From Eledone cirrhosa (Eukaryota): DNA of 64,000 nucleotides. The position numbers were made by a program, and so were the translations under genes. Of this stretch, positions 14,015 through 26,285 are shown piece by piece (position 1 is the first letter of the stretch; each line of letters opens with the position of its first letter). The notes beneath the pieces are model-generated. The model saw nothing but the letters and a program-made list of their open reading frames with translations. It was not told the DNA's origin and searched no databases. The stretch spans positions 62,001 to 126,000 of the forward strand of contig CAXHJY010001169.1 in the NCBI GenBank assembly GCA_964016885.1, written 5' to 3'.

Positions 14015-14058
<44 letters not shown>

Positions 14059-14108
14059 AGTATGTATGTATACGTACATACATATATGTATACAGACGTA
14101 CAGTAGCA

Positions 14109-14204
<96 letters not shown>

Positions 14205-14402
14205 TATATATATAGATATATATATACATATATATACACATATGCATACAGGTACACATACATATATGCACGCATCAGTTTAGCCGACGTTTATTATAAC
14301 GCCTGCTTTGTTCGTTTGTTTGTCAACAAATCGAACAGCCTGAATTTATGCCATACGGTGTTAAGGCAATCACGTCACCTTTTTGTTCAACACTGACACA
14401 GG

Positions 14403-14447
14403 AACGATGTACTAGTTTCAAGCTTGTTAGCTATCATCAGCACCGTT
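14403..14447 (-). ncRNA. type I hammerhead ribozyme motif (array copy)
   Basis: Reverse complement reads AACGGUG-CUGAUGA-U-AGCU AACA AGCU-U-GAAA-CUAG-UA|CAUCGUU. Confidence 0.8.
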
Positions 14448-14682
14448 TACCCATCTGCCAGATAGTTGAATGTTCGAAAGTATATACTTTCCTTATGAAA
14501 ATTAACGGCTGAGCAGCCTAATTTGCATATTGAGTGATTTAAATCGGTCAGGCATACCGAAAACGATAAGTTGAAAAAAAATGAAAACGAAATTTCATTT
14601 CTCATTCTTAGTATGGCACTTACTTAAATGTAAGTATGTATGTATACGTACATACATATATGTATACAGACGTACAGTAGCA

Positions 14683-14724
<42 letters not shown>

Positions 14725-14894
14725 TATACACATATGCATATAGGTACACATACATATATGCACGCATCAGTTTAGCCGACGTTTATTATAACGCCTGCTT
14801 TGTTCGTTTGTTTGTCAACAAATCGAACAGCCCGAATTTATGCCATACGGTGTTAAGGCAACCACGTCACCTTTTTGTTCAACACTGACACAGG

Positions 14895-14939
14895 AACGAT
14901 GTACTAGTTTCAAGCTTGTTAGCTATCATCAGCACCGTT
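14895..14939 (-). ncRNA. type I hammerhead ribozyme motif (array copy)
   Basis: Identical motif. Confidence 0.8.
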
Positions 14940-15176
14940 TACCCATCTGCCAGATAGTTGAACGTTCGAAAGTATATACTTTCCTTATGAAAATTAACGG
15001 CTGAGCAGCCTAATTTGCATATTGAGTGAGTTAAATCGGTCAGGCATACCGAAAACGATAAGTTGAAAAAAAAAATGAAAACGAAATTTCATTTCTCACT
15101 CTTAGTATGGCACTTACTTAAATGTAAGTATGTATGTATACGTACATACATATATGTATACAGACGTACAGTAGCA

Positions 15177-15220
<44 letters not shown>

Positions 15221-15390
15221 TATACACATATGCATACAGGTACACATACATACATGCACGCATCAGTTTAGCCGACGTTTATTATAACGCCTGCTTTGTT
15301 CGTTTGTTTGTCAACAAATCGAACAGCCCGAATTTATGCCATACGGTGTTAAGGCAACCACGTCACCTTTTTGTTCAACACTGACACAGG

Positions 15391-15435
15391 AACGATGTAC
15401 TAGTTTCAAGCTTGTTAGCTATCATCAGCACCGTT
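15391..15435 (-). ncRNA. type I hammerhead ribozyme motif (array copy)
   Basis: Identical motif. Confidence 0.8.
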
Positions 15436-15626
15436 TACCCATCTGCCAGATAGTTGAACGTTTGAAAGTATATACTTTCCTTATGAAAATTAACGGCTGA
15501 GCAGCCTAATTTGCATATTGAGTGAGTTAAATCGGTCAGGCATACCGAAAACGATAAGTTGAAAAGTTTTCATTTTTTTTTCAACTTATCGTTTTCGGTA
15601 TGCCTGACCGATTTAACTCACTCAAT

Positions 15627-15634
15627 ATGCAAAT
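15627..15634 (+). promoter_or_regulatory. octamer motif ATGCAAAT, one per monomer, ~75 nt upstream of the HHR
   Basis: Present in all six array units and conserved at 23549-23556 in the diverged monomer; function inferred. Confidence 0.45.
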
Positions 15635-15707
15635 TAGGCTGCTCAGCCGTTAATTTTCATAAGGAAAGTATATACTTTCGAACGTTCAACTATCTGGCAG
15701 ATGGGTA

Positions 15708-15752
15708 AACGGTGCTGATGATAGCTAACAAGCTTGAAACTAGTACATCGTT
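15708..15752 (+). ncRNA. type I hammerhead ribozyme motif; predicted cleavage after 15745 (GUA)
   Basis: Stem I AACGGUG/CAUCGUU, core CUGAUGA...GAAA, stem II AGCU/AGCU, palindromic stem III ACUAGU. Confidence 0.8.
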
Positions 15753-15933
15753 CCTGTGTCAGTGTTGAACAAAAAGGTGACGTGGTTGCCTTAACACCGT
15801 ATGGCATAAATTCGGGCTGTTCGATTTGTTGACAAACAAACGAACAAAGCAGGCGTTATAATAAACGTCGGCTAAACTGATGCGTGCATATATGTATGTG
15901 TACCTGTATGCATATGTGTTGCATATGTGTATA

Positions 15934-15999
<66 letters not shown>

Positions 16000-16233
16000 C
16001 TACTGTACGTCTGTATACATATATGTATGTACGTATACATACATACTTACATTTAAGTAAGTGCCATACTAAGAGTGAGAAATGAAATTTCGTTTTCATT
16101 TTTTTTTCAACTTATCGTTTTCGGTATGCCTGACCGATTTAACTCACTCAATATGCAAATTAGGCTGCTCAACCGTTAATTTTCATAAGGAAAGTATATA
16201 CTTTCGAACGTTCAACTATCTGGCAGATGGGTA

Positions 16234-16278
16234 AACGGTGCTGATGATAGCTAACAAGCTTGAAACTAGTACATCGTT
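16234..16278 (+). ncRNA. type I hammerhead ribozyme motif (array copy)
   Basis: Identical motif; predicted cleavage after 16271. Confidence 0.8.
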
Positions 16279-16448
16279 CCTGTGTCAGTGTTGAACAAAA
16301 GGGTGACGTGGTTGCCTTAACACCGTATGGCATAAATTCGGGCTGTTCGATTTGTTGACAAACAAACGAACAAAGCAGGCGTTATAATAAACGTCGGCTA
16401 AACTGATGCGTGCATATATGTATGTGTACCTGTATGCATATGTGTATA

Positions 16449-16580
<132 letters not shown>

Positions 16581-16816
16581 TGCTACTGTACGTCTGTATA
16601 CATATATGTATGTACGTATACATACATACTTACATTTAAGTAAGTGCCATACTAAGAGTGAGAAATGAAATTTCGTTTTCATTTTTTTTTCAACTTATCG
16701 TTTTCGGTATGCCTGACCGATTTAACTCACTCAATATGCAAATTAGGCTGCTCAACCGTTAATTTTCATAAGGAAAGTATATACTTTCGAACGTTCAACT
16801 ATCTGGCAGATGGGTA

Positions 16817-16861
16817 AACGGTGCTGATGATAGCTAACAAGCTTGAAACTAGTACATCGTT
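16817..16861 (+). ncRNA. type I hammerhead ribozyme motif (array copy)
   Basis: Identical motif; predicted cleavage after 16854. Confidence 0.8.
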
Positions 16862-16907
16862 CCTGTGTCAGTGTTGAACAAAAAGGTGACGTGATTGCCT
16901 TAACACC

Positions 16908-16960
<53 letters not shown>

Positions 16961-17588
16961 ATAAATGAAACAAACAAAACACAAGCAGATATATCGGTTA
17001 TATATAAACAGAAGCAGATATATCGGTTGTGTGTGTACACAATCCCCGTCCCCGTTTACAACAGGCTTAGCAAACAAAAGATAGCTCCGTCCACGCCAAT
17101 CTCATCTGTTTGATGCTCCCAGCTCTTTATTTCATCTATGTCCTCTCCCATCAGATATCATGTCATATCTTATCTCCATGACAATTTACCTCATTCATTT
17201 CCATAACATCCACATTTTAAACTAATACTGAAACGCATTTTTTTTTTTTATCATCTCACCTCACCACCCTTTTCTAGAAATGTTTAGAAGATTATGGACA
17301 CTGTCTACCACAAGCCAAAAATTAATCAGGCCATTTTCTTCAAAGCAGGTCAGTTTTAAGTCAAAAGGAAATGTCAGATGTGAAGGCTAACAGCCTCTTG
17401 TGTCCTTGGTCCTCACACTGTCGATTTCCTCCGTAAAATCGGAAAGACATCAGCCCGCCTGAGGAAGCAGCTCCGTGAGGCTGGGTGGCTGTTGCATCGG
17501 GTCTTGCTGGCCATTCTCTACGGTAATACCCTTGTCAATCTGTCTGCGGGGCATGGCCGAATCACCACTCAGACTGAGTAAGGTGTAG

Positions 17589-17623
<35 letters not shown>

Positions 17624-17819
17624 CCCTTTCATGCGTTGCTTCATTCTCTTTTTTTCTTTTTCTTTAGTTTTTCTAAAATCTAAATATTAAATTTTGCCCG
17701 TGAAACATATACATATATACACCAGGTCCGAACACAAAGGAACTAAACTCCCACTGTCACTGCCCCCGCCTCTCCCGCTCTCCCCCATCTCTCACTATTC
17801 TGAGCAAATGGGGGTACAC

Positions 17820-17990
17820 GCGCTGGCCGACGGACAGAATAGAGAAGGCGTTTGGCCGGAGGATGGTGAGGGAGACGCGCGGGAAGAGCCATTTTGGCTC
17901 GTAAGGCTCACACCTGCGAGTAGTCAACTCTGTGCCAATAGTGGTGAGTAGGGAGGTGGCCTTATGGCCAAGCACACCAGAAGTCTATTT
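17820..17990 (-). mobile_element. CRE-like (RLE-type) non-LTR C-terminal fragment
   Basis: LLTTIGTELTTRRCEPYEPKWLFPRVSLTILRPNAFSIL, homologous to 9790-9985. Confidence 0.6.
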
Positions 17991-18081
17991 TACAATAATT
18001 AACTAATATATTTGTAATACTCTTGCCAACATTTAACTATGGACATGTGTTCGGAGAATATAACCGTGATCATATTTTAAT

Positions 18082-18265
18082 TGTTTCTACTTTTGGCTCA
18101 AGGCCAGCAATTATCCCAGTGCATTACTGGTACTTTATTTTATCGACCCAGTAAGGATGAAAGGCAAAGTTAACCTCGGCGGGATTTGAACTCAAACCAT
18201 AAAGGGCCGTAACTCTTCTCTGCAAAACATGGCGTCCAACCCTCTACCGATACTGCCAATCCACT
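18082..18265 (-). mobile_element. SINE family A
   Basis: 12-bp TSD TCATATTTTAAT. Confidence 0.9.
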
Positions 18266-19035
18266 TTGCTCATATTTTAATATTGAAAGAATTTAAAGAA
18301 CGGAAATATTTACTGTTATTCGGTAGATCGTTGGACATCCTTCTTTGCGCCATATATTTGCGGTTCTTTAAGTTCTGAGTTCAAATCCCGTCAAGGTTAG
18401 GCTTGCCTTTCATGGTGGGGTCGATAAAATAAAACAGCAGTCACGCGCAGGGGTCGATTTAATCGACTTTCCCCTTCCCTAAAATTGCTGGCCTTCTATA
18501 CTTTATCCCGACAAACATTTAATCCACGGGAACAGTCTTCATCAGTTGTGTTGAATCTTTAGTGAAGCTGACAAGATGTAATATATTTGAGTGGGAAAGA
18601 CGCCGAAAGATCTGACCTTCCAAGAAGTAAGCAAAAGTAATTGACGCCATAATTCTACGTTCCGACAAGGATTTGTAAACATCAGCTCGAAAAATGTAAA
18701 CGAGAAATTCTTTTTAAACAAACAGAGTTCTGTTAAGAGATGAGAAAACTCAGGAATGTCACGACAGCCTGGACCAAGCATAGGATATGATGTATGAGCG
18801 GATGAAATTCTCCATAAATGTGAAAGAAATGTAGAGATCATTTGAAAACTATTTATTTATTTATGGCTACTTGAGTTCTTCTCTTTAAGTAACTTATGAA
18901 AGAGCCTGATAATATATAAGTATGTATGTATATAGTTTTTATCATTGAAGACAATCACTCACTCACACATACAAGAAATGCCGTATACTATATATATATA
19001 TATATATAATAATAATAGTAATAATAATAAATTTG

Positions 19036-19157
<122 letters not shown>

Positions 19158-19355
19158 AGGTGAGTTTGGAAATAGCACTGCAAATATTTTTAAATGTCTG
19201 TTTTTGTTTTTTTTTTTCTTTTCTTTGATTCGTCAAAGTGGCATTATTGAAAAAAATGAGAGGGACAATTCTTTTAAAAAAAGAGTTTTATAAAGTATAT
19301 AAAGTATTACCGGTTTCCATGTATTAGTAAAATTCATCTTATCAAATGTTGAGTA

Positions 19356-19914
19356 CTAGCAGTGGTACCCGGCGTTGCACGGGATAAGGTATTGTGAAAT
19401 ATATAACCGCTTTAACTAAGCTTAGTATTGCCACAATCACGGCTGGCAAAGAAGTAAGGGTCTGGTGGTACGTAAGTAAGCAACATTGTGGCTTAAAACG
19501 TGAGGAAGAAGTTGTGTGCACTTACCAACTGTTTGGGGAATGAGTGTGAGATTTGTCTTGAGCAAGGGTGGCAGAATAACCGGATGCAGCAGACAGCCAG
19601 ACATACAGACAGATATTATAAAGGCGCGTTCTGGACGCAGAGGGAATTGTGGGAAGTGACGTAATGCAGACAGCCAGATATACAGACAGATATTATAAGG
19701 GCGCGACGTTATATGTATGTATCTATCTAAAAAGAGACAGACTAAGAATCATAGAGAGAGATCGCTATATCGCCTAATGGAAAGAACACTCCCTGAAACA
19801 TAAGTATTACATGTGTAAAGTTTGAAAACAGTCGGTTGGGTGGTTCTAGAGTTTTAGGGATTCAAACTCACGCGCACACAGACAGACATCCTCAGTTTTA
19901 TATATATATATAGA
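19356..19914 (-). mobile_element. non-autonomous Helitron
   Basis: Minus strand starts TC(TA)nAAAACTGAGG and ends with hairpin CCCGTGCAACGCCGGG plus CTAG; inserted A|T without TSD (empty site GAGTA|TT in paralogous units). Confidence 0.85.
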
Positions 19915-20255
19915 TTACAATTAAAAAGAATTAATAAAGATTAAAAACTAAAAATTTAAGATTTTAAAATCAAGTGTTGAAGTAAGTTTTTTCATCTTCC
20001 TTGTTGATATATATATATATATATAATTACCGAAGATCGGTGGTATTAATTCAACAGTTCCCGGCCACCATCGAGCTCACTCAATGAATGGAGTTGCAAT
20101 CAGCCGTTCAGAGTGTACACCTTTAGTTTTAGCAGGTGCGGTGGCAGTGTGTGTGTTCGTGTTTAAGTGTATGTGTTTTTGTTTTTGTATTCTATCTTTG
20201 TTCATTAGTGTGTTCTGTTATTATTTCTGACCCTCCCGAAGTATAACAATATTGC

Positions 20256-20411
<156 letters not shown>

Positions 20412-20614
20412 GAGAGAGAGAGAAGTTGGAAATACCACTGAAAATATATTTAAGGGTCTGTTTTTCTTTTTTTATCCTTTCTTTGATTTGTCAAAGTGAC
20501 ATTATTGAAAAGATGACATTATTGAAAAAATGAGAGGCACTATTCCTTTAAAAAAAAGTTTTATAATGTATATAAAGTATATAAAGTATTACCGGTTTCG
20601 ATGTATTATTAAAA

Positions 20615-20800
20615 GGTGGATTGGCAGTATCGGTAGAAGGTCGGACGCCATGCTTTGCAGCAGCAAAGAGTTACGGCCCTTTATGGTCTGAGTTCAAATC
20701 CCGCCGAGGTTAACTTTGCCTTTCATTCTTACGGAGTCGATAAATTAAAGTACCAGTAATACACTGGATAATTGCTGGCCTTGTGCCAAAAGTAGAAACA
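20615..20800 (+). mobile_element. SINE family A
   Basis: 10-bp TSD ATTATTAAAA. Confidence 0.9.
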
Positions 20801-21111
20801 ATTATTAAAATTCATCTCATCAAATGTTGAGTATTGAAATAAAAAATGAAAAAAAATTAATAGGAGTGGTAGTGAAGATAGCAGCAGCTATGTTTCTTCA
20901 CAGAACAAAGTTGTTTTGGGGGGGACAAAGGAAACATCCTGTAAATATGTGTGTGTATATCTGATTGTGTTAATTGACTGATCAAGAGTTCAAAAGGATA
21001 TGGGGAATTGTAAGCTAGAAGTAAAGTCAGCAGGAGTGTAAGAGAATTTCTATTATTGGAATATGGTTTTAGTGAGTGTGTGTATATATATATACATAGT
21101 GTGAGGGTGTA

Positions 21112-22005
21112 CGAGGTGTGTCAGAAAAGTTCCAGGACTGATGTCACAAAAGATTTATTTCAAACCCAAACTTCACACTAAGAGTTTTCTCCTTCAAAGT
21201 AATCCCTCTGGATTATGTAACTGTAATCTTAGCTCTCTGCAGCGATCAAACTTTTTTCTTCATAATTTTATATACATGTCCTCTGTTTCAGGTCGTCAAG
21301 CAATGAGCACAGAGAAACTAACAAACTTGAAGTTTCTGGTACGGTTGGGGAAAACTCCGTCAGAAACACTGGGATTGCTGCAGGAAGTGTATGGAGATGA
21401 GACGATGTCACGCTCACGTGTTTTTGAGTGGTGCAAGAGGTTTAAAGAAAGACGCGAGGACGTGGAAGATGACCCCAGGAGCGGAAGGCCCTCAACAACC
21501 AGGACTGAGGTCAACGTTGAGCGCGTCAGGCAGATGGTGCGTAGCGATCGTCGGCTGACTGTTCGACTGATGGCAAATGAGCTGGGCATGAATCGGGACA
21601 GTGTCTGGAAGATTCTCACTGAAGATTTGGACATGAGGAAAGTCTGCGCGAAAATGGTGCCAAAACTGCTGAACGATGACCAGAAGGGTCGACGCATGCA
21701 AGTGTGCCAGGACATCCTCGAGCGTCTTGAAACCGAACCAGACTTGCTAGGGACAGTCATCACCGGTGATGAGTCATGGATCTTCGAGTATGACCCGGAG
21801 GACGACATCAAAAAGGCCGTAACGACGGAACTGCGGAGGATCCCGGAAGAATCCTTCAAAGAGTGCATGCAAGCGTGGCAGAAAAGGATGGAAAAGTGCA
21901 TTAGACTCCAGGGGGATTACTTTGAAGGAAAACTCTTAATGTGAAGTTTGGGTTTGAAATAAATCTTTTGTGACATCAGTCCTGGAACTTTTCTGACACA
22001 CCTCG
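21112..22005 (+). mobile_element. mariner element with ~100-bp TIRs and in-frame internal deletion
   Basis: TA TSD; TIRs CGAGGTGTGTCAGAAAAGTTCC...; ORF retains HTH region (RSGRPST, KVCAKMVPK), TGDESW and GDYFEG end. Confidence 0.95.
21303..21944 (+). CDS. internally deleted mariner transposase (DNA-binding domain intact, second and third catalytic Asp regions missing)
   Basis: Uninterrupted ORF; jumps from YDPE to DDIKKAVTTEL with no HDNA or YSPDLAP-like motifs. Confidence 0.6.
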   Translation: MSTEKLTNLKFLVRLGKTPSETLGLLQEVYGDETMSRSRVFEWCKRFKERREDVEDDPRSGRPSTTRTEVNVERVRQMVRSDRRLTVRLMANELGMNRDSVWKILTEDLDMRKVCAKMVPKLLNDDQKGRRMQVCQDILERLETEPDLLGTVITGDESWIFEYDPEDDIKKAVTTELRRIPEESFKECMQAWQKRMEKCIRLQGDYFEGKLLM

Positions 22006-22023
22006 TATATATAGCAATACACA

Positions 22024-22122
<99 letters not shown>

Positions 22123-22439
22123 CCTGTCTGACACAGGTCCCTTTAGCAATACACACATGCGTGTGTGTTTTTTTCAGCCTGTCTGTCACAGGCCTCTTTG
22201 TGGTGGGAAATTAAAAAAAGTTTTTCTTCAAAATTCAAAAAATCCCAAAACTTTTCTTTTGAAAAAAGGTTTTATAATGTATATAAAGTATATACAGTAT
22301 TACCGGTTTCGATGTATTAAAGTTCATCTTATCAAATGTTGAGTATTGAAATAAAAAACTAAAAAAATTAATAGGAGTTAAAACTAAAAATAAAAGATTT
22401 AAAATTAAAATCAAGTGTTGGAGTAAGTTTTTTCCCCAT

Positions 22440-23495
22440 CTTTCTCACCCAGAGACCAACCCCAAAACAACACAGAACTAACCCGCAACACAAACATCAT
22501 ACAATTCAGAAGAAACCTACACAGACAACATGAAATCCCAACAAAACCTTTCCACATTAACAACTACAATAGGTACCACCCCCAACACTTCAAAAACAAC
22601 CAAGCAACATCAACACTATGCATCCCAGAAGGAATCCACCCAATCCACATGAATCATAACAGAACTCTTACACAATAACAACTACAACAGACACCACTCC
22701 CATCACCACATTAACTCTCACGAAAAAACAAACTACAGACCCATACAAAACAGACAAGCAGACTACAATTACAACCAAAACAACATTCCTTTTTTAGGAA
22801 AAAGACTGAAATACCAGGACACCCGATGACTTCCACTCACGAGAAGCCGAAGATAATTAACCTTTCAAAGATATCACTAATTAACACACAAATTAACATA
22901 TTAAGTAAAGGGCTGAAATTTACTCCCACACCACAAAAATCTAACTTCCCCGAAATGAAAGATGGCATCATGGAATTCTGCCGAACACTCAGACTAATAG
23001 AATACTTCTCCAATGACACCAACACTGAAGACGAACCAATAGTCAGAAACAAAAGTGATTTCTGCCCACAGAAAGGGATGAACACAGCACTGGACACCTC
23101 CTGCGAACACATCATCAACTTTCCCTATGAAAAAATTGCAAATAAACACACGAAATGGAACCTCTCCAAACACGTATGGAAAGAATTATTCACACTGTGA
23201 AATAACACTGAAATAACCATCAAAGAAGCCGATAAAGGGAGCACTGTGGTCATTATGGACACTGACTACTATAGAGACCTAACACTCAAAATCTTAGACG
23301 ACAACAAGTACTACGAAAAAAACAGTAAACTACAAACAAACTAAAACAATGGGCAACCTCCTAGCATTACTACAAAAATACCGCAGTAGCCGAACCACAA
23401 AATAATTTGAATACATAAGCCATTTCAAATATAATACAAGTGCTTTCTACGGCTTACCGAAGATACATAAATGTAAATTCATGAGCAATTCATGT
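22440..23495 (+). mobile_element. Penelope-like element (PLE), N-terminal RT region, truncated and degenerate
   Basis: IINLS...LSKGLKFTPTP...FCRTLRLIEYF...IKEADKGSTVVIMD...FYGLPKIHK; stops and frameshifts present. Confidence 0.9.
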
Positions 23496-23499
23496 GACA

Positions 23500-23974
23500 C
23501 GTTATTTGTTTTTATCGTCTCCGTTGAACCGGTACGTACTCACACTCTATGCAAATTAGTCTGCCCACTACTAATTTTCATAGAAAAAGCATATAACGAT
23601 ATGTGCTTTTACGATTCTCCAGAAAGGCCGGTAGATAGGTAAATATTGCTGATGAGTTGTAACAACAACGAAACTAGTTCAATATTCCTTGTCTGGCTTT
23701 CTGGAGAATAGAGGAAAGGTGTTTCCTCAAAAACCAGTATGACTCTAAAAACCGGTTTGTCTGTGTGTTTACATACAGATTAGCTGGATACTCACAGTAA
23801 AGTAACCAGTGAAAGACTTGGTACATCTACATATGTATACGTGTGTGTATTCATATGCATACTAGTATTTCAGTATGCATATGTAGATGTACATTTTTAA
23901 CTTAATTGTTTAAGCGTCAGTCATACAAAAGTGAGTTACAAACGAAACGAAATTTAATTTCGTTTCGTTATTTG

Positions 23975-23981
<7 letters not shown>
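23500..23981 (+). mobile_element. diverged single monomer of the HHR repeat family (466 bp + 16-nt terminal redundancy)
   Basis: Collinear blocks shared with the array unit (TATGCAAATTAG, TAATTTTCATA, GGTAAA, CTGATGA, GAAACTAGT, AAAGGTG, AGTGAG, AATTTCGTTT); CGTTATTTGTTTTTAT at 23500 and 23966. Confidence 0.8.
23642..23686 (+). ncRNA. type I hammerhead ribozyme; predicted cleavage after 23679 (GUU)
   Basis: AAUAUUG-CUGAUGA-GUUGU AACA ACAAC-GAAA-CUAG-UU|CAAUAUU; stems I and II fully paired with a sequence different from the array copies. Confidence 0.9.
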
Positions 23982-24014
<33 letters not shown>

Positions 24015-24469
24015 TTCATATATATAAACAGGTATAAAATATCTATGAAATTAGCTTGCTGCATAGTGCCGTTCCTGAAAATATCTTGACCTATAAGCAT
24101 GTACCTGCAAATTAAATAGAAGTGGATATCTGTCATATGTGCAAAATACTGATATCTTGCATCACCTACATTCAATGGTGGAAGGAAACTCAAAGAAACT
24201 ACGCACTCTTAAAGGAATTATAAACCAATTACCTGTTATATACACCAGACCAGGTGGAGAATTGACAGAGTTGTTAGAATGCTTTGCAGTACACGCTGAA
24301 GGTCTCTACATTCTTAGTTCAAATCCTGCCGAAGTCAACTTTGCCTCTCATCTTTTCGAAGTAGATATAACAAAGTACCAGTTGAATATTGGGGGTCGAC
24401 ATTTCTTGTGTGTCTACTTTAGAGCTTCTGTTTCTAAACATCTGTACTCAATTTAACAGCTTTTGTGGA

Positions 24470-25310
24470 CATGTGAATGGATATGGGACAGGCTACATGG
24501 GAGGCAGTGTTGTTAGTAATATACATGTGACAGGTGATTTGCTACATGGTGGCCTGTGTTGTTGGTGATATGCATGTGATTGGTTACATGGTGGCAGTGT
24601 TGTTGGTTATATACATGGACGGCAATGCTGTTGGTGATATACATGTGACATGTGATTGGCTACATGGACCGCAGCGTTATGGGTGATATACATGTGATTT
24701 GCTACATGGTGGCCTGTGTTGTTGGTGATATACATGTGATTGGCTACATGGACCGCAGCGTTATGGGTGATATACATGTGATTTGCTACATGGTGGTCTG
24801 TGTTATTGGTGCTATACATGTGACTGGCTACATGGTGGTCTGTGTTGTTAGTGATATACATGTGATTGGCTACATGAGCGGCAGTGTTGTTGGTGATATC
24901 CATGTGACTGGCTACATGGGTGGCAGTGTTGTTGGTGGTGTTTCAACAATTAGCTATATGGGTGACAATAGTGGTGACATCCATGTGATTAGCTACATGG
25001 GTGACTGACAGTAGTGGTGATATCCATGTGATTAGCTACATGGGTGACTGACAGTAGTGGTGACATCCATGTGATTAGCTACATGGGTGACTGACAGTAG
25101 TGGTGACATCCATGTGATTAGCTACATGGGTGACTGACAGTAGTGGTGACATCCATGTGATTAGCTACATGGGTGACTGACAGTAGTGGTGATATCCATG
25201 TGATTAGCTACATGGATGACAGACAGTAGTGGTGATATCCATGTGAATAGCTACATGGGTGACAGTAGTGGTGATATCCCTATAACTAGTTACATGGATG
25301 GCAGTGTTTT
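24470..25310. repeat. minisatellite, 42-bp units grading into 43-bp units
   Basis: CATGTGATTGGCTACATGG...GTTGGTGATATA, then CATGTGATTAGCTACATGGGTGACTGACAGTAGTGGTGACATC. Confidence 0.9.
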
Positions 25311-26109
25311 TGGTATAATCTACGATACTATTAAGGTCAACTAGGCAACTGCATTACTAAGCCTTAAAGTATCGTAGTCTTATGTAAATGTGTGTAATTA
25401 ACTTAAATATATAATAATTTCCGCCATTAATACATAAATCACTAACAAATTTTGCCGCCTAGCAGCATCGGGGAAATATTCAAAGCAGTGGTGAGGTTCG
25501 TATGGTGTTATGACCAATAACAGGATTTGGCGTAGATGAGAGTGGACCGTGTAGTAGAAAACTATGGCTTAATAGTTTTCGTAGTGTGATTCGAGCAAAA
25601 AGTGTCAGAAACTACGTTTGTCAACTTACGAAACTGCAAATGGAAAATGTTTTATCTGAGAGAATGAGGCGCACATCGTAACCTTAGCCTAGGGTGCTAA
25701 ATACCAAGGCGACAGCCCAGGTCTTGTTGGTGATATCAATTTTTTTTGTTATATGCCGGGAGGTATTTCTACTTTGAAATCAGTCATCAGGAACTTTAAG
25801 TATATGGTGCATCTAAAGGAATATTTTTCTGAAGTTCTGAGACTCTTCACAGTTCAGCAGTATTTCGTTACGACTCTTTACGTTCTGAGTTCAAATCCCA
25901 TCGAGGTTAGCTTTGCCTTCATCTTTACGAGGTCGATAAAATAAGTACCAGTAACTTTGAGAAGGCGGCACACATTGTAGAGCTATCTTAGGGCGCTAAA
26001 TCCTCTGGCACTGGCTCTCAATGTATATTTGATGTATGTAGGTAGGTGTATGCAGAAGAAATATTTCTACGGAAGTGTGTCTTTAAATGTTTGAAATGAA
26101 GGAAATATT

Positions 26110-26285
26110 CTTCTTCTTAGCCCATTTAATCATGGGAGGGTCGTGGGGGGCAGAGTCCTCAAACACTCCTTCCAGCGGGTCCTGTCAGAAGCAACCGTTT
26201 CCAACTGATCCGGCTAGATCCCAAGCCAGATCAGCTAAGCTCATGGATGTTATCCAACCATCTTGCTCGGGGTCTACCCCTAGGT
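26110..26285 (-). mobile_element. RTE 3' stub (same family as 4655-4892)
   Basis: Homology; TSD GAAGGAAATATT. Confidence 0.85.

Noticed and set aside
18298-18550. Possible minus-strand HHR (CUGAUGA-AGACUGUU…AACAGU-AAAUAUUUC) split by a SINE
   Set aside because: GAAA is incomplete and stem I is poor; at best a decayed copy
25755-25795. Minus-strand CUGAUGA…GAAA…UC
   Set aside because: No convincing stems I-III
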